Part shown: positions 24,735 to 36,847 of the stretch, one piece after another
How the letters are laid out: each line of letters opens with the position of its first letter
How positions within the stretch are numbered: the first letter of the stretch is position 1
Source: Basidiobolus ranarum
Lineage: Eukaryota
DNA length: 37,901 nt
Direction of reading: 5' to 3'
Assembly (NCBI GenBank): GCA_040143965.1
Contig: JASJQH010006927.1
Coordinates: 1 to 37,901 of the forward strand
The notes under the pieces: generated by a model
Database searches by the model: none
Told to the model about the DNA's origin: nothing
The model's input: the letters and a program-made list of their open reading frames with translations, nothing else
Made by a program: the position numbers and the translations under genes

Positions 24735-27700
24735 ATGACTCTGCAAGGTGGTGCCAAACGACTCAGTAATGGTACCGAGAAAAACAAGCAAGATTACAAA
24801 GTTAACGTGGTATGTAGAGTTCGTCCTTTTCTACCTCATGAAGAATCCGACGGGTCAGTTACTGTCGAAGGCAACTCCATAGCGATAGTAAACCAACGAA
24901 ACAAAAGTGAAAATCTGAAATACAGGTAACTTAATATCTACAAAATCTTCTCTTACATGTGACTTACTTATAAACCGATTTTAGCTTTGATTCGTGTTAT
25001 GGTCCTGACGCAAAACAGCGTACAATTTTTGATAAAGACGTGAAACCATTGATTCAAAATATTTTCAAAGGGCTTGTATGTAGACTTTTTTGTTTTGTTT
25101 TTTTTGTGTATGCAAAGGGGATTATTATTTATCTATTGACTATTTAAACTTTTTAGAATGCCACTGTCTTTTGTTACGGCGTAACCGGAGCAGGTTGATA
25201 TTGATTAACATTTCAGCTGTCAAGTCCAATCTCAATTAGTTAACTGTTCTTGTGTATTTTTTTAGGCAAAACACATACAATCCAAGGAACCGACAAAGAT
25301 CCTGGTATCATTCCACGTACTCTTCAACGAGTTTTCAAAGAGAAAAAGAAGCGTCCAGAATTAGATATTAAGATCTCTTACATGGAGATATACAAAGAAA
25401 ATGTGTATGACTTATTAGTACCACGAGAATCGGTAAATTCGAATCATTATTTCATCTTAAAACTCGACCTTAACCTTAAATTTCTTTAGAATGTTGGCTT
25501 GGCGATCCGTGAAGACTCCAATAGAAATATATTTGTAGCGAATCTATCTGAAGTAAATAGCTGTCTTAATCCTACTATACGATTGGAATATTTGCTAACA
25601 TCGTTATTCAGAAAACTATGACTTCTTACGATCAATTTGAGAAGATTTACACGTAAGCGTTTTTTATCAGATATAAGATTGAGTAGTATCCAAAGTATTT
25701 ACTTTTGCTTTATCTTCAAGTGCCGCTTGTAAATGCCGGTCTACAGCTAGTACGAAATTGAATATGGCGTCCAGTAGATCGCATGCGATTCTATCAGTAC
25801 AGGTATGTCTTTATTTGATAATTCCCGCTAGTATTTTTGCGTATGTTTGTACTCACACTTGGTTACAAATTAACCAGGTACAATGGAGAGATGAGGAGAG
25901 GAAGAAAACGATCACCGGAAAAGCACATCTGATTGATTTGGCTGGATCTGAAGACAATCGCAGAACCGGAAATGGAAAAGACCGTATGGCAGAAAGTGCA
26001 GCCATTAATAAATCATTGTTCGTGTTAGGCCAAGTTGTCGAAGCGTTGAATGCTGGTGCTGTAAGTATTCTTGTTCAATAATGAAATTATTAAAAATCTA
26101 TTTTAGACTGTTGCTAATAATCAGATTGGTTATTAGACTAGAATTCCGTACCGTGATTCAAAGATGACGAGAATTCTACAGGATTCTCTAGGTGGTAGGA
26201 GTTTGGCCATGATGATTGTGAATATTGCACCTGGTCAGGTGGGTAGTTGTGTTCTAAACCAAATTTTCATGAGCATATGAACTAACAATCTGTCAAAATA
26301 TATAGAAATTCTATTTAGATACACACAAGTATGTCATTTAGACGGAAATAATTCACATTTCATAGAACGATAAAACTCACCGATCTTTTTTGAACCTTAG
26401 TACGCTTAATTTCGCCACCAAATCGAAGGAGATTGTTAACAAAGCGGTTGTCCATGAAGTGGCCGGTACGTATATGATGGATTAAACTGGAATTTCGAAG
26501 GAGCTCTTAATTAAATTTACTTAATTTTTAGATCAGCCTAAATTCGTGAAGCCGACGACTCTCTCTAGTTTAGGAAAGGCCCAGAGAATTTTGCCATCTG
26601 CTCCTAGTGCTCCTAGTGCCCCCAGCGTCTCTGCTGCCTCCACGGCCTCTACGATCAGCAATGCACCGAATAAACGACAGCGTTTAAGTGACACTACTTC
26701 AGATTTTGTTGTTCCCAAAAAAGTAGTCAAGAAAGACCGCAAGAGTGATAGTGTAATTGAAACTATGGAGGTCACTGCGAAGAACAAGAAGATTACTGAT
26801 ACAGATCTTGAAGAAAGAGTGCAAAAAATATTGGAGCAAAAGATGAAGGAGTATTCAGGATCTTCGCAATTTAGGTAAGTCTAATAATAATGATACCACC
26901 CGAAATCTAATTACTCAAAGCACCTTACCATCCGTATCTTTAGTTCGATGGTAAATTTGAAGAAGAACCCTCTGAACGTCAAGTAATTAACCATTTCTCG
27001 ATATATTTATATCAATATGTACTAATTGAATCCATTTTCTCTCGAAAGGTATGGACAATCAGAAGCCATGGAGATTGCTGATTTACTGACTCCCTCTACG
27101 AAAACGAAAAATGCCAAGGCATACATTGTTCGTGGGAAATTATTACAACAACAAGGACAACTTGAATCAGCTCTGGGTTATTTTGAGAAAGGTATTGTCC
27201 GAATGGTGCCATATTCTTCATCTATCTTAAAGTATGTTTATTAATCGATACGATTCAATTAGCTGCCGTTTTTGTTCCCAATAATGATAAATTGCGTAAA
27301 CGTATATCAGGCATTCAAGCGATCTTAAACGATCCTGATTATACTCGAACCACCACCACCACCACTACAAGGCGGATATTTGAAAGTTCCAAACTTCGTG
27401 ATTCCACTGGATCTGGTGATGATTATGTGGAAGAAGAGGAAGAAGATGAGGAAGAGAATATTGAGGATCACAAATATAAGTACAAATATGGAGTTGAAAG
27501 CGAGAAAGATTTAACCGAAATTGAGAAAGAAATATTGACCATCGTAAACAGTGGTAAATTACGTATGATAAAGACGTTAAAAGGTGTAGGTGAGAAACGT
27601 GCTAATCAGGTAAGAGTTATCCATATCATATGATATGTTACAGTATGGAAATTAATCTCCCTTGACTCTCTAGATCGTAGATTATATTGGGTTAAAAGGA

Positions 27701-27784
27701 CCTATCGCCACTCCCAAAGAGCTCATTCACGCTGGATTGAGTGAAAATGTTATTGCGAATATTGTCAAGGGAAACTCTGTTTAA
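24735..27784 (+). CDS. KIF22: Kinesin-10 chromokinesin (KIF22/Kid-like), 16 exons
   Basis: Motor motifs [52 protein letters not shown]-terminal helix-hairpin-helix [15 protein letters not shown]. Fifteen GT-AG introns were traced in frame. Confidence 0.92.
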
Positions 27785-28073
27785 ACAGAGAAACATGTTC
27801 TAAACCTCACTCAATAGAATCTCTCTCTGGAAGGGAATGGGTGTGAGAAAGGGAAGAAAATGAGAGGAGAAGAGAAGATAGGGAAGAAAAGGAAAGGAAA
27901 AGGGAGGGGAAGGAGAGAGGATATTTTGAATATTTTCCCTTTTGTCAAAGAATAGTAAGAATTCGGTTGACATTATTTATTTCTCGTATAACTATACTTT
28001 ATCTTCACTTCTCACTATTTATCTTGATTTTGTTTTCTTTATTGATGTTTTTTTTCTATTTATTTATCTCCTT

Positions 28074-28131
28074 GCCTTTACTTTTACCTTCATCTTCACA
28101 TTTACCTTTACCCTCACCCTCACCCTTACCC
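28074..28131. repeat. Degenerate 6-bp pyrimidine-rich repeat ending in a minus-strand G-quadruplex motif
   Basis: (ccttta/cttcat/ccctca)-type units. 28111-28131 reads GGGTAAGGGTGAGGGTGAGGG on the minus strand. Confidence 0.65.
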
Positions 28132-28454
28132 AAATACCCACCGACATTACTCTCAATCCAGACCTTACCAAGAATCTCTTGTAAATAAATTCACTTATTG
28201 TTCCCAAACCATTTTTTTATATCGGATGAAATATATCCAACGATTGTTTATTTTATGGTAATGAAGGATAAGTAAAGTAATGAATTATGTTTTGTATAAG
28301 GGGAAGGGGGGAGGGGGAGGGAATGAGGGAATAAATCATCCATAACAGAGTAAGCATTCTTTAAAACCAGATGATTAAAAAACCATGATTTTGATTCTAT
28401 ATTAAATCAATTTATCAACTTCATTCCATTCGATTCGATTCGATTCAATCCAAT

Positions 28455-31400
28455 TCAATTCATCAATTTCAAACCAACTGCTGAACCACCAATTTTAGAG
28501 ATCTCACAGATTCTACATAATTCACCGGCATACTCTGGTTTGTATGATGCTTGACAATATGGACATTGAGTCTTAGGATTATTCTGATAAATAGGTGTGA
28601 AAGAAGTAGCACAGACAGTGAATGGATTGTATTGATCATATTCGATAGGAATTTCATCACGAGATGTTTGATCACTGATTGTCTGAACCTTACGTGCCTA
28701 GATGAACAAATGTTAATATACTAGTGATAATACATTCAATTAATAGTCTATTTTCTTACCTGAGTCGCGATCTGAGGAGGTGGTGCGAGTTCAAGTAAAC
28801 GACGTGCAAACATAGATGCAGATAAACAATTCTTGGTTTTGAAACTCAATGTCATAGCTGATCTCAAGCTGAGTTGTGAGTGAATAGGTTCTAATTCACA
28901 ATGAGTGAAGTAAGCGGCCAACTCCAATGCACGTTTGACACTCTCTGGTTCTTCCATTGAAAGTTCCCGTCTTATCTTTTCCATTGAAAGTCCGAGTAAG
29001 TATTCCCGACAAAATCCTATCATCTTTTGGATCTCTTCAGCTTCTGAAGGGTTCGATACAACTACAAATGCAAATGAATGCAAAAGTGTTCGGAAAAGTT
29101 CGATCGCTTCTGGGAATTTACCTGCGGAGGTGGCTTTGTAGGCATTACGAAGGATTCCAAGCAGATACTCCATATTGTAGAGGGTAATAGGATGAGCCTT
29201 AGAAAGTTGTGTCTCTTCCCAATTACGACGAACTGGGACTGGGACAGATGGTGTGGTTGGATTGCATGACAAGGTGGTACGACTAGCTTGATAAATGGTC
29301 AAGAACTGAGACTTGAGTGGGGCAAAGTTAATAGCTCCAATCTGTGCATTTAATAGCTGCATTGCAGTATCAAAAGATCCTGCGGCGACATGATCTGCTA
29401 CTATAGAGGAATTCTTACACCATAAGTCGAACTCACTGACCCCAGAAGATGGCATAACAAACTCTGCTGGGCTACCTCCATTTAGTAAATCAGCTCCCAA
29501 GTCAGCATCCAGTTTCAAATCCGCGTCAAGATCCCAGCCAGACCCTTCGACAATTTCATCATACTCACCAATATGTACTTGTTTAGATACTCCTTCGAGG
29601 TCATTATCTCCCCAATCCTCATCAATCTCACCCATCTCTTCATGGGTGTCCATTTGATCGGATGCTGCAATATTTGCGAAAGCTTTCTCAAATGGACTCT
29701 TAGAGATGCCCAAGACAGGCCAGTTAGCACCACTGCTGTCTGTGACAGGAGCGGCAGGCTGGAGTAATTCACCAAGAGGTAGAGTTTCAGTGATATCTTC
29801 TGGAGACAAACCAGCAGTAGCAAGAATATTATTAGCGTGCTCCTCAAAGCCATGGGACTTGGCAGTAAGATACGCAAGAGGATCTATATGTGATAGTTCA
29901 TTAGAAATGAGAAAAACTAATGAATATTGCTATGCTATCTTACATTGACCAACTTCTAAGAGCATTTGAATTCTTTCTTCAACATCACCAAGATACAAAG
30001 CATTATGGAAGCGAGACATCTGATCGTTACGATGCTCAGCAATCTTCATCATTTTCTTTAGATTCCCAGTATTTCCGGTGATCAAGTAAAGGAAGGATAG
30101 ACGATCATAATTTTTAACTCGTTGGTAAGTCATTTCTACGATCTAATGAAACCTCATCTGTTAGTGATATTCCTCGATTCCCATGAATTTAAACCACTGC
30201 AATTTACCTGTTGATTACCATGCTTCAAGGCTTCAGAACTCAAACGGTTCCAGCATTCCTCTTTATCGATCACCTTGGCAGTCTCAAGGGCGACATCGAG
30301 ATTACCACATTCCAAAGCCAATTCGAATCGAGTTCGCTCGTCTTTAACGAAATGTAATGCGATCTAGAAGTAGAAATACAAGAATGTTAGGGTAAAATAG
30401 AGATTGGAATAGATGTCCAAGTAGAGACAGACCTCAGGATAGCCAATCTTTTGTAGATAAGCAATAACGGATTGCCCGACGAGATTCGAGTGCTTAATGA
30501 TATGAAGAACATCATCATAGTTCTTGTTAATAAGGGCAAGCTTGAATCGATATTCAGTAGGATCAATAGTAGTAACACGAGTTTTGGCCTCACGATCCAA
30601 AGAGTAGATATTCTTTCCCTTGACTTTGGTCAAGTACAAAGGATGCTCGATGCTTCGGATGATTCCGTTATCACTAACAACCATAGATTTAGTAAAGCTT
30701 AATAATAACCCACAACTTTCTAACGTAAACCTATATTTACCCTTGTGGAAGCAAGTATTTGATATGGTTCAATGTAGTATAAAGGAAAACCCCTGTATCA
30801 TCGAAAACACCACTCTTAATACGGATTGTCTCATGGATCTGGCACTTCTGAGTCAAGTCCTTAGTAGCCAGAGTAATGGCTAATCAAGAAAGGTGTTAGA
30901 GAGTAGAAAATGAGGAATAATAAAACGATGTACGCACTGTGTTTGCTCAATAGAGCTACAGTAGCCATATCTGTAGACCAAACTACATATTTGACCGCCT
31001 CAACATTCAGCTCGGCAACAGTCTGACGTTGTTGGATATCATAAAGGATAACACTAGTAGGAGTAGACAACAGAATGTTACCACCGGGTGCATGGAAGAT
31101 GTCAACCACAGTAGTGGGTGGTGTAACGGTTTTCGTGGTGGCATTGGAAAGATCTCTGATGGTAATTGTCTTTGGAAAGAATATAAACAATGGAACAGTG
31201 AGTTAATTGAAAAGTATAATCATACCTGAGTTGATTTTTCTAAAACTGCAAATCGATTACGTGCAATGAAAATCGCCGACGATCCATTACCACGTTTAGG
31301 CTCAGCTCTCATGGGTTCTCCACCAACATTATCTCTGGGCAAATTGAATAACTCGTAAACACTGTTGTCGTTATTCACCTAAGTCATTAACTAGATTTAG

Positions 31401-33011
31401 TACTGAATTTCATAACGAATTTCATTCTAGCATCCTCGCTTACTGTTGTGATCAGCACTGCATGTTCGGCAGGATTATAAGAAAGTGTACGAGGAGAAAC
31501 GAAATTGTTGGATCTAGTAAAGGTGGCAACGGGTGCATCAACAGACTTGTTGAAATCATAAACACAGATGTTGCTTTCTTTAGCGTAGAATAAGGAATTC
31601 TGATGAGTAGAGTAGGCAGGGCGTTCTCTCTCTAACTTGAATACAATTAATCCACTGTCATGGCCTAAATTTAATGTTTATTTGGTTAGCATTTGAACTA
31701 GGAATTGAGCAGACCATGCAAGACACTTTACCTGCAGCAAAGAGATTCAACTCTGGATGTGCACAGAGTATCCAGAAACGGTCATGTTCTCTTCTGAATG
31801 TCTGGAGCAAAGTTCGTTTAGACATATCCCATACACGAATGGATTTGTCTTCACCATTAGAAACGATCAATTCTTGGCGAGGATGGAATACCACACTGGA
31901 TACATTGTTGAAGTGACCGCGACAAGTGTCAACTTCCCAAGCTTTAGCATCTATATTCAAGAAAGTTATATATCAGACTGATCGCTCTTACATTAGGTTA
32001 CATTGAATCTAAAGTTACAAACCATTATATCTCCAAAGTTTTACTTGTCTATCGTCTCCACTAGAGACAATCAAAGGAAGATCGGCATGGAATGAAACCC
32101 AATTAACACCACGGTCATGACCCTCGAGAACAAATTTGACCATGGCATCTGTGTTTCCAAACACGTCTTGAGAACCAGGACCGGAACGACTGGCAGAGTT
32201 TTCAAATGAAGAGCTAGGACCGGCGTTTTTCTTGCAGAGTCCTGACAGTTTGAGAAATGATTAGACCATTTATAAATAGGAATCATGGCAATGTCTACGA
32301 TATACCAGAAATATCCCATATCCTAACGGTTTGATCCAAACTAGCTGAAACAATCAAGTTTTCTTTATGATGGAACTGGGCACACATAACATAATGGTTA
32401 TGTCCGGTTAGCACGGCAATGCAAGCACGTGATTGCCAATTCCAAATACGAATAGTTTGATCATCAGAAGCACTGATAATCCAAGGATGCTCATGGTGAA
32501 AGAATACAGTTCTGATATAATCCAAGTGACCGGTGAGAGTGAACATGCATCGTTTTGTTTTCAAGTTCCATACTTTAATCTTAGCATCATCACCTCCGGA
32601 CACGAACAAAGGTTGGGTTGGGTGAAAAGCTACACCACGAACAGGACCTATTGGAATATCATTTTCGACCAAAGTTAATATTTCATTTCAACTATGTTTT
32701 CCGATGGTCCTGATAATAAAGAATATATTTCAAAATAAAGTATATGCTAACCGTCATGCTCTTCAAAGCGTTCGATTAAAGTCCCCATTCTATAATCCCA
32801 GAGTTGTACTGCGCCATTATGAAGAGACGAGAGAATCCAAGGTCGTTTCGGATGAAAAGTAAGTCCCTTCACGCGGTTGCTCTTAGACTCGAACTACTCG
32901 GATGAAGCATTCACACAAACAAAAAATTAAACGAAACAGTATTTTAGTCTTTAGCTCTTCAACTGTAATAGACAGTAGAAAGAATTAGCAAACCTTTGTA
33001 AGCATCTGCAT
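28455..33011 (-). CDS. COP1: Coatomer subunit alpha (COPI), multi-exon
   Basis: Starts [18 protein letters not shown]40 repeats [21 protein letters not shown] and WNWQSR. Also [20 protein letters not shown] and ELAAYFTHC, with a C-terminal zinc-binding region ending [20 protein letters not shown]. Confidence 0.97.
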
Positions 33012-33590
33012 GTTGGGCAAAGAGTATAACTTATGTCAGAGAAGGCTTTGCTAACAAAAGAGCACTCTACGTATCCTAAATTATCACTCAAATGGTCGAT
33101 GATCCAATGATGTCTTGTATACGCTTTTTGTTTACGATCCAATTGGGTTGAAGGTATACGAAGCATCATATCTGTCATTCATGCTTGTAATATGAAGATT
33201 TCATTGATTTTACTAAGAAAATCCTCTCAATCTAGTCAATTTCTTAACTAAACATGATTAGCAATACGTGGATTTTTCTCACAAACGGATGATAAAGTAC
33301 AAAGCATAAGAACTTGTCAATTGAAAATAATATTTATTTCTTCTAGTATTTAGGGAAATTACCGAATTCTATTAAACGCCGCTTTTTCAAATCAAAACTT
33401 CATGACAGGGAAGTGATGCGGCAATCGATAAGAGAGGGAAAAGGTATATTACAGACATTGACATATTGGTAGAATGTTAAACATACATCCAATACGTGAA
33501 GATAAACATTTGGTAATAATAAAGAATAAATGGTATAAATATTCTGAAATGCGATGGCTGTCGTCGTCAAAAGTACATAGTATTGTAGTT

Positions 33591-34148
33591 CTATTGCTCA
33601 GAAGTGGATTTTTGGTACAAATCTAACAGACGCTTCAAACCAACTAACCATCTACCTTCGGTATCGAATTCGGTTGTCATCAAAGCTACATGGACACTCT
33701 GCGCCTTGGTAAAATCCTTCTCTTCGATTGCTATTGTAGAGTGTGAGAATTAGTTGCAAGTTGAGAAAAAAGAATGTTGCTTCTAAGCATACCTTTGACC
33801 ATCACTTCAAGTTGAGCTAATAGGGATGAACTTAAAGTATCATTCTGAAGTTTATCAAATAACAAGTTGAGCCTCTTTTCAGTGTCATCAAGCATACGTT
33901 TTTGGCTGGGCTAATAAGAAACAGTTAAAATAGGCTCTTTAAAGTGACAATATTGTTAAAGTATTTACGTTTTGCTCTTTGCAGATTAATAAATATTCTT
34001 GTAAATGTTGTAATAAAGCCTGCTCTTCGAGTTCCCGTTCTTCGGTGGTGTGAGTGGGTTTTTTGAATATAGCATCACTTGGGTCATTCCAGTGTCCAGT
34101 GGAAGCATGTCCTTGGCCTCGAAAATCACTGTAGATGGCAGTACTCAT
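33591..34148 (-). CDS. Stand-alone SRA1/Sec31-C-terminal-domain protein (~145 aa, 3 exons)
   Basis: Exons 34148-33969, 33910-33793 and 33730-33591 join in frame. A GHWNDP motif precedes KRMLDDTEKRLNLLFDKL...AQSVHVALMTT...WLVGLKRLL, the SRA1/Sec31 helical domain pattern. Confidence 0.8.
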
Positions 34149-34645
34149 GTTGTGCGAAATAGTTGGAAGTCTAATTTTAGGAAATACCCAGACTTTATAT
34201 AACTTGTCATGATAAAGGAATAATATTTTGGTTTGCACCAATGAAGTGCAGGAAATTCTATGATTTGCTATATTTCCTCATCACCGATATAGCAACTAGA
34301 TAACAAAGTAAAAATAATACTCCAATCAGCCAATCAAACAGGATATATAGATATATAATTAGCACGATAAATACGTGGAGAAAAGCATGAAAACGAGAAC
34401 TTTGCATATCTTTCAAGTTACATTAAAAACACCGTACGTGTGCACCATACGTGTGTAACCGGACTCAAGCTTAAAAGACTTGTACAATTTCTCCTATCAT
34501 ACTTGCGGAAATGTGTGGAGAATTATAGTTTGTCTTGCAAGCGATGCAACTACGTGTTCATCCTGCGGTAAGCGATAAGCAGCAAGGCATTACATAACAA
34601 ATATTAAAATGGCTATTTCGAGGATATATTCGATATTGATCTGTC

Positions 34646-34697
34646 TGATTAAACCCTACTTGTGTGATTAAACCCTACTTGTGTAATTAAACCCTAC
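34646..34697. repeat. 19-bp tandem repeat TGATTAAACCCTACTTGTG x2.7
   Basis: Units at 34646-34664, 34665-34683 and a partial at 34684-34697. Each carries AAACCCTA. Confidence 0.9.
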
Positions 34698-34926
34698 ACT
34701 GGGGCCAAGCTAATATGGCTGTAAATAATATATTGGTCACGTGAGTCGGTTTCAAATAACAAATCCCAGCTTGAGAGAAGTTACCATACCATAGCTTGAG
34801 CTCCATATTAAATTGAAAGATGGTTCTTTTTATAGATACTTTGAGGTAAATGATTCGCGTCATGCCATTGTGTTGATGCGAATAAAAGACTACTCTTGTA
34901 CTCCTTGGTAGGTAATCATCCCTCAA

Positions 34927-35868
34927 ATGTCACATGTATTACATCGTAGGGCGGTGCTCACCACTGATTCCCTAACAGAAACCTTAGTGCACCGACTCAG
35001 TAGTCCAATATCGTCACTACTCGGCCCAGAAGAGAGGCTTTCGAAGTCCATTGACAGGAATTCCAACAGAGCAAATGATCGATACCTCTCCACTCCTCTC
35101 GCAGGCCAGAAGTGGAACAAATCCAAATGGTTTCTACTGTGTGGATATGGCGTAGTATGTAGCTTGTCAACCGCAATTTCCACTTGAACTCACATTTAGA
35201 TCAACTCAGATGTTTTGCATTGGTTTAGTTATATTTCTAGGGAGTATGCTGACTTGGGGTGATGGCTATCACCGAGCGGCAGTAGTGACAGTGGGAAACA
35301 TGCGAATTCTAATCATTGCGACTATTGCTAGTATTCTAACCATTCTCAACTCATTGGTGGCCTTCTATGGGATTCTGAAAAACAATCGAAAAATACTGAC
35401 CATGTGCACCATAGCACTTTGGCCTCTCTTTGCATTGACTGCTTCATGTGGATATCTTGCTTACAAGCGCTCACTGTGGAATCTTCGCTCAAAATTAGGT
35501 ACTCAGTGGCGCGGTTTCACTGACGATCAACGGTTAATCGTTCAAAATAATGTAAGTACCTTTAGATATATGTAGGTATCCTTCCATCAGCTAACTATGA
35601 TCGGTTAAACTAGCTCCATTGCTGTGGGTTTCAAGGACCACTAGACCACGCAGCACTCTCGAACAAATGTTACATTCGTAGTTTACTCCCCGGATGCTTT
35701 GGAAAGTATTATCGATTTAGCGCAATGGCCCTGAAAGTAACTTATATCACTGCATTTGTCTTGTTGATTCCACACTTGGCCATGATCTTTACAGCTATCT
35801 TATGTTCTAACCATATTGATAACAAATTCAACCGCCACCCACCGCCTATTATAAATTCAAATAAATGA
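34927..35868 (+). CDS. Fungal tetraspanin, Tsp2-like (~274 aa, 3 exons; start uncertain)
   Basis: Exons 34927-35154, 35210-35551 and 35614-35868. Four hydrophobic segments, WNKSKWFLL before TM1, large loop with LHCCGF and CYIRSLLPGC, C-terminal LCSNHI. Confidence 0.8.
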
Positions 35869-35934
35869 TCCCAGAAAAACCCTGAAATCTCTGCAGCATT
35901 TATAATATTAACCATCCATAATTATGGAGGTAAG

Positions 35935-36277
35935 TGTTAACACATTCTACTCGTTAGTTTACATTTTGACAAAACTATAAATGTCAACTGAATACTCAAT
36001 TATTCAATAAGGGAAACCACCAATTTCTCTAATTCTCCAAACCACTTCCAACAAACTCCCAAAATACTTTAAGGAAGGTCCCAGGAACACATGTGCAAAG
36101 CTTGGGGTTTCTAGCCCAAGTTTGAAAAATCTATATATCTGAGAACTTCTAAGTTGGTGTCAATTTTCTAAGTAAATTCCTTATCAGAATAATGGGTAAT
36201 ATCTTGGTGAAATATAGAATAAGTAAATACTAAGCTATATATGACTATGCGGTGTTTAGGCAATGCTAATTTCAACA
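35935..36277 (-). mobile_element. 3' LTR of a minus-strand copia element, with internal inversion 35937-36072
   Basis: TGTTAA...TTTCAACA termini. 36073-36277 is collinear with the second half of 287-635. 35937-36072 is collinear with the end of the plus-strand LTR 36848-37186. It is adjacent to the PPT. Confidence 0.88.
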
Positions 36278-36286
36278 CTCTCCCTC
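36278..36286 (-). promoter_or_regulatory. Polypurine tract (GAGGGAGAG) of the copia element
   Basis: On the minus strand it lies between the pol stop codon (36289-36291) and the TGTTGAAA start of the 3' LTR. Confidence 0.85.
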
Positions 36287-36288
36287 AA

Positions 36289-36847
36289 TTAACTAGTCTT
36301 ATAAACTAATCTTAAGGAAGGTGTAAATTTCTCAAATTTCTGTCTAGCTAATGGTTTGGTTAATATATCAGCCATCATGTCTTCTGCAGAACAATACATT
36401 AAGTCATTACACTTAATCTCTATAGTCTCTCTAATAAAATGATGTCTAATATCTATATGTTTGCTTGTGGTATGAAATGTGGGATTTCTAGCTATTTTGA
36501 TATAATTGTGATTATCTTGACATCTTGTATTTGATGAAGTTTAACAATAGTACAAATCTGTTAAGAGTTTTCTCAACCATGTTGCTTCTTTTGTTGCTTC
36601 ATAAGCAGCCATGTACTCAGCTTCTGTTGTATAAAGTGCTATGATAGGTTCATTTTTTTTTATTTGAATTCCAAGAAATAGCTCTGTTACCACAAAGAAA
36701 TAAGTATCCTGTTGCAGATCTTCTGTTTTCAATATCTCTACCCCATTTTACAGCTGAATATCCCAATAGATCAAAGTTTGATTCAGAATATGTTTATTTT
36801 AACCACAGATCCACAATACCTTGCAAATATCTGAAAATTCACTTAAC
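36289..36847 (-). pseudogene. Decayed Ty1/copia pol 3' end (RT C-terminus and RNase H)
   Basis: Minus-strand peptides YLQG, GYSA, TTEAEYMAAYEATKEATWLRKLL, SKHIDIRHHFIRE and ADILTKPL. Stops and frameshifts are present. It is cut at 36847 by another LTR. Confidence 0.9.

Noticed and set aside
27942..28188. Two 73-80 aa hydrophobic ORFs
   Set aside because: Non-ATG starts. They arise from low-complexity T/C-rich repeats in an intergenic region.
28420..28460. (ATTCG/ATTCA)n pentamer run at the COP1 stop
   Set aside because: An ordinary short degenerate microsatellite.
32951..33178. 75-aa minus-strand ORF upstream of COP1, and the idea that the hairpin there is a SECIS or snoRNA
   Set aside because: The ORF overlaps COP1 exon 1 out of frame and has no motif. 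I found no in-frame TGA in the neighbouring genes, no SECIS core geometry and no convincing C/D box pair.
11122..34148. Possible functional cluster (mitosis: borealin, KIF22; trafficking: VPS5, COP1, SRA1-like)
   Set aside because: These are housekeeping genes interspersed with unrelated ones. There is no evidence of co-regulation without synteny data.
34646..34697. CRISPR-like or true telomeric array
   Set aside because: The units are contiguous without spacers, there are under three copies, and the location is an internal eukaryotic promoter region.
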